NCBI GenBank assembly: GCA_043228905.1
Contig: JBHGNT010000001.1
Span: 682,001 to 746,000 of the forward strand
Length of the DNA: 64,000 nt
Direction: 5' to 3'
Origin: Azolla caroliniana
Lineage: Eukaryota; Plantae; Polypodiophyta
Shown here: positions 40,942-51,212 of the stretch, in pieces
Position numbering within the stretch: the first letter of the stretch is position 1
How the letters are laid out: each line of letters starts with the position of its first letter
Made by a program: the position numbers and the translations under genes
The notes under the pieces: model-generated
Told to the model about the DNA's origin: nothing
Databases searched by the model: none
The model's input: only the letters and a program-made list of their open reading frames with translations

Positions 40942-42504
40942 ATAACACCGATGGAGGTCGACCTAAAGTTGTTGTGCTTATTATAATTTAAGCTATCTTT
41001 ATAATCTTCTTCTTCTTCCCATTCTTTTTAAGTGATCTAATCTCCTTTGGAAATTTTAACTTATGTAGTACTATAAATAGTTTCAGAATGTGTGATTTTG
41101 TGAAAATAACAAACAACTTGGTGAGCCTTAGATCTACACACCCCAGAATGCAAAGGCATTGCATGTCGTTCCACATATCTCCCAAAAGCTTGTCTCCTCC
41201 GGGTCCTCCCTAACCAATGTAAAGATTCCCTCACATATTGGCAATGAAGATATGCCTAATACCTCTTGGGTCTCATAAGCTTAGATCTAGCGCCACTATT
41301 TACATTCTCTATGACTTGTTTTTTTAGCAATGGAGTAGCCATGGCCTTCATGGTCACATTCTCTATTCTATTTTCATAATAACTTGGTTTTTTTATTCGA
41401 CATTTTGCTTGTATTCATCGATGGCAATGTACATTGTGGCCAACTTGACAATAATCACATATACTTCAAAGAGACCCAACTCAATCACGCTCTTTAGTTC
41501 CTTGATTGTGTCATTAAAGAAGATAGATTCTAGAGCCCTAGTTTTTTTCATAAAATATGTATATATTAAAAAAATGGTTTGAATGATCCTTTGTGTTGTG
41601 GTTACCTCCTTGTCACACTCGCCAACTCTTGTGAAAAAATTCTACCCTCTACTGTCCCATCAAAGTGCCCTAGTTCAAAAGCAAAGATGGTGTTTCCCAA
41701 TTCTTGTTCCCTCCCCACAATGCATTAATCTACCTCAAGACTAGTTGACTACGATGTTAGTCTTTTTGAGTAGGCATGTTCTTTGTGAATGGTTAGTTCC
41801 TCGATATGCTAACTTCTTTGTTGACCCTACCCATGGTAACATGCATCTCCTACATTCTCCTTTTAGGTTATTGCGCGCGCGCGCGCGCGTGTGTGTATCC
41901 AACATCTTAAACAACTTGAGGTTAACCTCCATCAAGGTTATCCCAAGGTAGCACAAAGAATCGAAGAAGCAACAAGTAATTCCTTTGAGCACCATCAATG
42001 TTGAACACAAAGGCATTCCACAATGTGTCAAGCTTTGATGTGTGAGCCCGTGCAGACTAATATGATACTCAAGAGACCTTGGAGTACTTATACCTAGGCC
42101 CATTCAATTTTCCTACGATAGTACAAACTCTACTATGTTGGCAAAATTTGAAGATGGATTGGATTGGCTACACAATAGTAAGGTATGTGGACTTCTTTTA
42201 TGTTGTATTTTTCACCCCCTTGCACATGTGCAAATGCCAATTGAGTCGAGGCTTAGTCGAGGCTTAGCAAGCCTCGATGACTTGGACATGAATGACCTAA
42301 AATTGGCTATGGCAGTGGGATTGGATAGGTCTGGTGTTCGAAATCTGCTAGGGCCTACGGGAGGGGCACTGCATTTGCCATTTATTGATAGTATGTACTA
42401 CGTTTATCTGTAGACTACATCATTGCTTTCTATTCCTTCCTGTCGTGGCTCGCTCTACCGATGCTACCAGATCCGCAGAGGAGAAGATACAGACTAGCGC
42501 TTCC

Positions 42505-45331
42505 ATGGATTCTTCTCGGCATCCCCTCCTCCTCAACAACAAGGACGAAGAAACTCTCAGTGCAGGGGATGATGGATCACATATTCAAGAGAAGCCTCTT
42601 CAGTTCTATGATTGGCTCGGAAGGCCATTATCGCCCATCGCAACATCTCCTCAGAATAAGAGCTCGCTTGGTGGTCGCAAAACCCTTTATTTCTCTCTCG
42701 GTATTCCTTCTCCTTTATTATTTCGGCTCTTGCTCAAGGGCCATTGTGATTACTTCCCTTTTTTTATTTTCGATGTTTGATTCTCTTAAGATTTTTTTTC
42801 AGGCACTATATGTCTGTGGTATACTGCCTACTTTGGAATGTTTTTCAACATGGTCCTTTTCTTTAGAAATGTGTTAGGAGAAGGTAGTGGTGCAGCAGCA
42901 AATGACACCAACAATTGGCTGGGCACCATGTTCCTCTCGTCTCTACTTGGCTCTTTCATTGCTGAATCTTACTTGGGCCGTCTTTGGGCATGCGCTCTCT
43001 TTCAATCCATCGCATTAACGGTAAAATTCAAACCTGTGTTTGTTTACCGGCAAACGTCACACGCCCCATTGTTTAAATGCATCTGGTCCCATTTGAATTT
43101 CTTATCCCTACTTGCTGGTGATTGAAGACAGAGTAGCAAGCCGTGCTATTTGTTATGAAGTTGCAATTGTTTTACAGTAGATGGCCAAGAAAATTATCAG
43201 TGTTGATGTTTCTGGCATGAAAGCTACTCTGGTTGAATAGCCTAAATATAGCCAATGAACCTAAAGAAAACAATGGTTACTTTATTTCAGGCTATCAAGG
43301 TCTATGTTTGGGTGGTTGATGTACATCTACTTAGCTCATTTCATGAGTTAAGAAGCATTAATAATTTCCCCACATGAGTTATCATGGTAAGTGATGATGA
43401 TGATGTAATTCAGGGTGTTTGGCATCAATGCATTATGTATTCAGGTTGTTTGTATCATTATGTGATGCCTCGATGCATTAATGATGTTCCTGATGCTTTA
43501 TGCTCTGGCAATGATGCAGTATGATTTTTTCGACGTATCATGATCAATGTATCTTGCATTGATATATTATGATGTTCTGAGTGTTGTGCGTCGATGCATT
43601 ATAATGTTCTCAGCACCATAATGCATCAACGCATTTTTATGTTCTTGCTGTCTTAATGATCAATGCATTATATTCTTCTCATTTCCAGCATTGACAGATT
43701 ATAACAATAAAAATGATTGTCATAAAATTTATGTCTGAATGTGGTATATAATGATAAATAACAATACTCAGGGTATGGCATTCATGACATTGGCAACGAG
43801 TATACTTGTATATGGAGGCTCATCAAGCACAGCGGAGCTTGTGTTCTTCTATATCTCATTCTACCTTGTTTCGATTGGGTGTGGAGGATTTCAATCCAAC
43901 CTACAATCTCTCGGTGCAGATCAATTCGATACTGAAGGGGAGAAAGCAACATTCTTCACACGATATCTCGTGTTGAACAATCTCGGCATAGCGTTGGGGG
44001 ACACTGTGATAGTATATATAGTTACCGCTAAAGGATGGGTTTTTGGATTCTCCATGTGTACAATAGTGGGATTAATGGGTTTGACCTTGTTCCTATGTGG
44101 GTTCCCACTCTTCAGACAATATAAAAACTATGGGAATCCTTACACAAGAGCTTTACAAGTGATTGTAGCTGCAGTGAGAAAATGGCGCCTCAAGCTTCCC
44201 TCAGACAGCTCATTGTTGTATGAGGAAGACAAGGGCCATAATAGACAACGTCTAAAACACACTGATAACTTAAGGTAACAAGAGAATCCAACACTTTTTT
44301 TGGTTTTAAACTGAATATAGTGATTTATTGAACATCGATATTGGTGGTGTTTATTATATAGATGGCTTGACAAGGCAGCCATTATTAATGAAGAAGTGGC
44401 AGCCATGGCACATCGAGTGCAAACACCTATTCATGATAAGTTGCCCATTCATAGCCATGTATCTAGCCATCATGATCAAAATTGTATCAACACAGATTGG
44501 ATCAACGAAGACAGTATCATCAAAGATGGGATCAACAGACATTATATAAAACATGGTATCATGAAAGATGGTTGGATGTTAAGTAGTGTTACAGAGGTGG
44601 AAGAAATGAAGGCAGTTCTTAGATTGGTTCCAGTATGGGCTGCAAGCATCTTTTTCAACACTGTCTACTCTCAAGCAGGAACACTAATGATTGAGGAAGG
44701 TGAAACAATGGACACCACATTCTTTTCCTTCACCATGGAGCCCGCGACCATGAATATGTTCAATATCCTTGCTGTAGTGCTTCTCCCACCTTTCTACAAC
44801 ATTGTTATTGTGCCTTTTGCCCGACAATTTACTGGCATGCCACGTGGCCTCTCGCCATTGCAGAGAACTGCTGCCGGGTATGTGTTATGCATCATCTCGC
44901 TTTCATTGGCTGCTATCTTAGAGGGCATTCGCATGCGCCGCGCAAATGCTGGCCTCTCGGCCCCGTCCATCTTTTGGCAAGTTCCCGAATTCGTGCTCCT
45001 GGGCACCGCCCAATTTTTGGCTGGCATAGGCCAACTTGAGTTCTTTTATACATACTCACCTCTCTCTCTGCGGAGCCTTGGTAGTGCATTTTGCTTGACT
45101 TGTATTGCATTGGGGGATTATGTGAGCTCATTGCTCGTCACAGTGGTCATGTTTGTGACTACGAGGGGTGGTGGGGAAGGATGGATCGCAAGCGCTGACC
45201 TCAATGATGGACATTTGGATTACTTCTTTTGGCTCATGGCTGGGCTAGCATTCCTTAACTTGCTCTTCTTTTTGGCTTGCGCTAGGTCCTTCATGAAACA
45301 AAAGTCTGAGGTTGAAGAACGTGCTTCCTAA
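42505..45331 (+). CDS. NPF: NRT1/PTR FAMILY (NPF7-like) transporter, copy B; exons 42505-42700, 42803-43020, 43772-44274, 44362-45331 (628 aa)
   Basis: Same intron positions and phases as copy A, and the frame is intact. Motifs: GSFIAESYLGR, GGFQSNLQSLGADQFD, SVTEVEEMKAVLRLVPVW, GQLEFFY, GHLDYFFWL. Confidence 0.93.
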
Positions 45332-45429
45332 CCTTCCATTATATAGGGAGTTCGTAGATTATTAGCATGGGTTGCCCAAATCTAGGGTTCATGGGCAATG
45401 TATATGGTGTGAGTGCAATGATAGATCAA

Positions 45430-45805
45430 TGGCGTTGAAAACCTTAGGGTATCCCTATTTCTGCCTAGGATATGCTTTAAAAGTAGACGATGAGAATGGA
45501 TTGTCTGACCTTGGGTACATGGGCGATGTATATGGTGTCAACCCAATAGTAGTCCATTGTTGAAGTAAAATCCTAGGTTTTCTCTATTTCTGCCTAGGAT
45601 ATGCTTTGAAAGTAGATGATGAGCATGGATTGTATGACCTAGGGTATGTGGGTGGCATAAGTGTTGTGGACCCAATAGTAGCCCATTGTCGAAGGAAAAC
45701 CTAGACTTGCTAGATGTTGATAATGGATTATCTGACCTACGATACATGGCGGCTTAAATCTTGTGAACCCAATAGTAGCCCATTGTTGAAATAAAGCCTA
45801 GGATT
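45430..45805. repeat. About 3 degenerate ~120-bp tandem units 3' of NPF copy B
   Basis: tagatgatga...tggatt(g/a)t(c/a)tgacct...acccaatagtag(t/c)ccattgt recurs three times. Confidence 0.7.
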
Positions 45806-47170
45806 TAAGTCAATGATTGGGTGGAGAAAACTCATCTACAATTTGATGCCTTGCAAGGAGAAAAACATTCTAGCTATATGATGTACAACTACTAGTTGTG
45901 CCCAAAAATGAAGAATATCTATTTTTCTATTTTATTATTTTCATGAATGCCAACTTTAAGGCCTTAAAAAAGAATTGCTCAGCAAAGATTTATAAAAATA
46001 CCTATCCAAAGTAGCCTAGATGGTAATGATTAAGCTAAAAAAACAATATTGCATACAACTGGTGAATGAAAGCTTAAGGGGTTAAGTCTTGCTTCAAAAC
46101 ATTGTTGTGATTTAAAGAACTCTAGGTCAATAACAATGGACAAATCTTGATCCCCCTTGCGTTAAAACTAAAAAGACAAGTGATTATACCCAAGCAAGTC
46201 CTTCATGTATCATCTAATTTTATATCCATTTAGATGATTTTTTAAGCTCTATAATAAACTATTGTCTTATTAGTCAATGTAATTGTTTAAAATGATTTAA
46301 GAGATAATATATAGACATATTTGTACGTAAATATTAACAATGCAAATGTGTATTGAATTTAATATTTCACATGAAGGAACACTCCTTAGAGATTTTGAGT
46401 CTAACATCTAATAAAAGCAAAGATGTTTCCTAATTCTTGTTCCCTCACCCATCATGTGTTAATCTACCTTGGGACTAGTTGAATACCATGCTAGTCTTAT
46501 TGAGTTACCATGATATATGTGAATAGTTAGATCCTTGGTATTCTAACTTCTTTGTTGACATGGCCCATGGTACCATGGATCTCCTTCTCTTTATAGGTTC
46601 TTGTGTTTGTGCCTTTCGAGAATTGAGGATAGCATTGAAATGGTTTAGTCCCCATGTTAACAAGGGTGACAACATTGGAAAGGGCACAATAACAATATGC
46701 TTGAATGTGCTTGAGTATTTTTTATAAACAATTGTTTTGGTTATCTTTTGGAAGTATTTTAAAAAGGCCTAACAAAAAATAAAGAGTTGGTTTCCTTGTG
46801 GCTACCATTGAAAAATAGAATCATAATTTGTGGCCAAACAAAGCAACAATCCATTTCCTCTATGGCACACAGTGTCCAAAACAAATACCTTGCATGTTTT
46901 GGTTTTTACTATCAGATAGCTTTGAATTTTAGAGAATTACTTGAAGAGATAACACAGTGTGACTATTGATTATGAAACCCATTAAACAAAAGTTATGACA
47001 TTATTGTCAAACATGAGTTGTGCCCTAATTTTCTAGTTTGATTGAGAATCCATTTCATTTCTTTTTGGGAGAAGGAGTTTATAACCTACTTTATAACCTA
47101 GAATCCAAACACAATGTTTCCAACTGAATTTAGTTGATGGGCATTCATGTTGTGACGATTATTTTACTTT

Positions 47171-47345
47171 TAGATTTATCTTTATCTATACAATGGTACC
47201 TAACATATTGTAATTTGAACAATGGAGGTTGTAAATTGCAAGTATTTCTCTTACTCTTAGATTTATCTTTATCTATAGAATGTTACATAACATATTCTAA
47301 TTTGAACAATGGAGGTTGTAAATTGCAAGTATTTCTCTTACTCTA
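47171..47345. repeat. Tandem duplication, 2 x 87 bp
   Basis: tagatttatctttatctata...ggttgtaaattgcaagtatttctcttactct starts at 47171 and 47258. Confidence 0.85.
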
Positions 47346-47915
47346 GGTGAATCTAAAACAATCACAATAAGACAAGTGTTAACATAATGAAGAGAACTTT
47401 ACACATTCCATCCTCATGGTCAACATGGTTATGGGCATGTCTGCACCATACTACCATGGTCACATTTGCAATTTATGGGGATACTTGTATAAAAATATAA
47501 TTGATGAAGCTGGTAAGTCAGTAGTAACACATTGTGATACACACATTAAAGAAGATACGAACTTATGACTTGAAACAACAAAAAAATACACCGATCCATG
47601 AATCTTAGATATGATTGGAAGTAATTGATAATATGTCATAAATTTCGTTACACATGCATAACCAAGCCAGTTCTGTAGCAACCAAGAACCAAAGTACATG
47701 GGTATCCTCAATCAAATAAGCCTTCCACAAAAAAGCAATGAAGGTACATCAAATCTTTTTAACAACCCGATTGAGAGAAGCACAACTTAAAACTATATGA
47801 GCTGAATATGTAGAAGAGGATGGACAACTTCACCATGCATTGGCAGCATACATACACACAATGCTTTTATGTTGTTGGGCAAAGTGCTTCTTCTGCCTTT
47901 TTGATTTTGCAAGAA

Positions 47916-50900
47916 TCAATGCTCTGTAGTGACTGCGATGGCATCATTTTCGAATGGCTCATCCGGTGTCACAACTGATTCCACCATCTCGGCCTCAAAT
48001 GTCTTGGAAGGCAGCCTTTCATACATTTTCGAACCCATTCGCATAAGCCGATTTGAACCTTGCCGCAATACTTTAGCCCATTTCAACCCATTCCACCTTT
48101 GCTGAATATACACCACAATTGCCAGTATAACTGCAAAGAGAGGTATAGCTATATCCCCGGCTTTTGAATAGAAATCTGAGCTTGGGTTTGCATACTGGAA
48201 CTCGTCCGAAAAGTAAGGATTGAATACTGATGGCCGTAGACCATCATAGATGTGAGGCAACAGCCTTAACACTGTCACTCCCACATAGAAAATGCTCCGT
48301 AGAGGTTTCCCTCTAACTACCCATATGTGGTTTCCAACCACTTGTGGAAGGAGGAAGAGATCTTGGACCAATCCATAATATTCCTTCAATATCCTTTCCC
48401 AATCATATTGCTTATGCAATCCACCCCTCCAGTCCATGTACAAGGAAGAGCTTGCGGGTCGACTGCTTATTCGTATCGAGTGTATAATAAGCACCATGAG
48501 GAAGCCGAGGACATGGACCCCAAGGCAAATTAACATCACTTTCTTATCGCTTGGCACACGCCATGTCTCAAGCGGCCTCCGAGATTGAAGACGGAGCCTT
48601 GACTTGTATACCTTTTGCATTATCCTCAATGTGAGAAGAAATGTGGCGAGAGTGAGCAAATTTACCATGTACCCAATGGCGTGAGCCATTTTGCCTTCAT
48701 TGAGCACACTCTCCCTCATGTCTTCTTGATCTGAGGTTATGCGTGCAAATAGTGCCTCCATCCCAGTGATAAGAGGGATACTAAACCCGACCCCTTGCAC
48801 TGCAAGCATGAGCAGCGAGATGTAAGGGGTCGATTCCGCATGGCTTTTCACATAGATAAGCTGCCCAATAATGCACCCTAGGATAAGACTTAGTGTAAGC
48901 ATGCTAAGCACGCCTTCTAAACTCTTCCTCGAGACAATTTCTTCTCTTTGTCTCTTGTAAAGGATCGGGAATGTCTCGAGCTCGATGTCCGCGAAGTAGA
49001 GGGGGTCATCAGCTGGACGTTTACTTGTCAGCGTTAGCATAACGGTAGGGTTCATAAGCCACCTTGCATTAGCGGGCGGATACCTAACCCTAAGCTCCAT
49101 ACGACAATCAAGACCTTCTTCTAAGAGCTCTTCATTCTCTTGCAATGTTTTCCAAGCTATGCTCACTTCTCTACATCCCACAAGAAACATTCTTCCTGAG
49201 GCAGGGTCATAGAGACCCTCAGCTGACACATCACTTACCTTGTTTCCAAGGTTGTCTTTGAGCTTCAGCTGTGCGGCGATGCTGTAGTAGCTCGGTTCAT
49301 CCTTGTTAGACGATGATGACTTCTCAAAGGGCGATTCAGCCTCTGAATCGAAGCTATAGTTTGATGATTGTGACCAATGAAGCTTCACAACATCTTGTAT
49401 GGCCACTATGTCGAGCTCCACATACTGCTTGATATGTGGAGCTTTGAGCGAGGTCGGGTTTGTGATAGCTAAAGATCTCAATGAGAGGTCCTCAAAGAGA
49501 CCCAAAAGGTTCCCATCGGCCGAAGGATATTCGAGCAACGATTTTTTGATTTGCTCTCCGAGCCCAGTCGGTTCATCTCTCTCTAGGATAGCACCTGCCT
49601 CGTTGATTGCGCTATATTCATATGAGATGCTGTTCATCACATCATATGAGAGTTGGATTGGGTAGAGTGCAAGGCGGAATGAGAGGGGATAAAACTTGTC
49701 AGAATCCCCATCACTCTTGGTGGAGCTAGAAATGGTACCTTGTAGGATACTCCTGTGCTTTAAGGAGAGGGAGAGTGGGATGAACATGCGAATTTTTGTT
49801 TCGCACTTGGGCAGGCCACCATTGTCAGCATCGGGTTTGCATCCGACCATACATAACTCGCCCGAGTCCCCATTCCACTGTCCCTCGGAGGCAAGTGTGA
49901 GACCATCTAGATTGGATCTTTCAAATGCCAAGTTCTTGTTTTGAGAGGGCAATACTGCGCGGAAAACTGCACTAATCTGAGAGGAATGGTCGCCTTTTTC
50001 TCCCTCCACGCACCGAATGTCTTGCACAAGGAGTTGAGATCCATTGAAACCACCATCCATGAAGCTTTGATCCTCCTCTAGGGTAGAGAAAGGTCCAAAT
50101 TTACTGCACGCAGAGTTAGATGTTGAGCAATTCCAATTTGGCAACACATCAACCCATTGGCCAGTTAAGATCTCCTGTATAACTGTGCAAAATGCCGTGC
50201 CTCGGTAGACCTTCTCTGGTACGGAGAGAGACTCCTTTTGAGAGCACGTGGATGAGATTAGCTCCCCAGAACTGAACTCGTAATTGGAGTAAGGACCCAG
50301 TTGGGAGTAGATCTTGATGGGGTCGAAATATCGGGCTAATTCAGAAGGCCTACGCATGCTTTCGAACTGACCAGTCACGGCACGAGATGTGAGAATGAGG
50401 TCTTTCGGGTACCGAAAGAATGCCTTGAGTTGATTCTCTTCATTGAAAGGGGGCGAGAACACGCCGCCTTTCGATACCGATGGCAACCAATCAAAAGGCT
50501 GGGACAGATTCTTACCACGGTCAGGGATCCGGGTCGAACCAACCAAACACAAGATTCTCTCTCCACTCCTCATCTCGGCGTAGATTCCTTCCATCAAGAT
50601 ACCCAATAGAGAGAATCCAGGATATACTTGGAATCCTTCTAAGGCGCTATTCATATAAGACAACGCTCGCTCAGCCGAGATCCCGAGCTGAAGTACCACA
50701 CTCACATTCACTATATTTTCCTTCTTGTTCCCAATTTGTTCACCCACATCCACGTCAGTCAGCCACAATGAAGCAAGATGAGCTCCCTTTGTAGTGTTTT
50801 GATCAGAAGGAGGTACAAATGGCATCAATGGCCTCTTGTTTTGATTATTTACTCCTTTGTCCTCTTCTTCATTCCATTGTCCATTGAGGAATGAGAGCTC

Positions 50901-51212
50901 ATTGAGTATAGACCACTTCTTGTTCACCAGGTCTCTGTGGAAATTAGGGTTTTCTGATACATCTGTGAGATGTGGTGTGCATTGTTGTTGAACCTCGGCG
51001 AATCGAGTGTATTCCGATTTATATGCAAAACTTCCCCCTTCCATTGAAGATGACGATGACGATGAACCATCGCCCCATAAGCTTCTGACAAGATTCGCTT
51101 TGTCATGAGCTAGATCTGATGATGAAGATGAAGAGGAGGAAAGGAAACAGAGTAAAAGAAGAAGGAGAAACCATAGCTGCCCTGTTGATTCTGCTGCTGC
51201 AGAGGTCTGCAT
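47916..51212 (-). CDS. DUF2921-family membrane protein (signal peptide, large lumenal domain, about 6-7 C-terminal TM helices), intronless, 1098 aa
   Basis: Uninterrupted 3.3-kb ORF; first ATG at 51212 (51218 is TTG). N-terminal hydrophobic signal. Family motifs LEGIYAE...LCLVG, EGQW...LCMVGC, AEGLYD...MFLVGCR, PYISLLML...SIPLITGMEALF, YYGLVQDLFLLPQVVGN, FYVGVTVLRLLPHIYD and YIQQRW. Confidence 0.88.
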   Translation of the reverse strand: MQTSAAAESTGQLWFLLLLLLCFLSSSSSSSSDLAHDKANLVRSLWGDGSSSSSSSMEGGSFAYKSEYTRFAEVQQQCTPHLTDVSENPNFHRDLVNKKWSILNELSFLNGQWNEEEDKGVNNQNKRPLMPFVPPSDQNTTKGAHLASLWLTDVDVGEQIGNKKENIVNVSVVLQLGISAERALSYMNSALEGFQVYPGFSLLGILMEGIYAEMRSGERILCLVGSTRIPDRGKNLSQPFDWLPSVSKGGVFSPPFNEENQLKAFFRYPKDLILTSRAVTGQFESMRRPSELARYFDPIKIYSQLGPYSNYEFSSGELISSTCSQKESLSVPEKVYRGTAFCTVIQEILTGQWVDVLPNWNCSTSNSACSKFGPFSTLEEDQSFMDGGFNGSQLLVQDIRCVEGEKGDHSSQISAVFRAVLPSQNKNLAFERSNLDGLTLASEGQWNGDSGELCMVGCKPDADNGGLPKCETKIRMFIPLSLSLKHRSILQGTISSSTKSDGDSDKFYPLSFRLALYPIQLSYDVMNSISYEYSAINEAGAILERDEPTGLGEQIKKSLLEYPSADGNLLGLFEDLSLRSLAITNPTSLKAPHIKQYVELDIVAIQDVVKLHWSQSSNYSFDSEAESPFEKSSSSNKDEPSYYSIAAQLKLKDNLGNKVSDVSAEGLYDPASGRMFLVGCREVSIAWKTLQENEELLEEGLDCRMELRVRYPPANARWLMNPTVMLTLTSKRPADDPLYFADIELETFPILYKRQREEIVSRKSLEGVLSMLTLSLILGCIIGQLIYVKSHAESTPYISLLMLAVQGVGFSIPLITGMEALFARITSDQEDMRESVLNEGKMAHAIGYMVNLLTLATFLLTLRIMQKVYKSRLRLQSRRPLETWRVPSDKKVMLICLGVHVLGFLMVLIIHSIRISSRPASSSLYMDWRGGLHKQYDWERILKEYYGLVQDLFLLPQVVGNHIWVVRGKPLRSIFYVGVTVLRLLPHIYDGLRPSVFNPYFSDEFQYANPSSDFYSKAGDIAIPLFAVILAIVVYIQQRWNGLKWAKVLRQGSNRLMRMGSKMYERLPSKTFEAEMVESVVTPDEPFENDAIAVTTEH

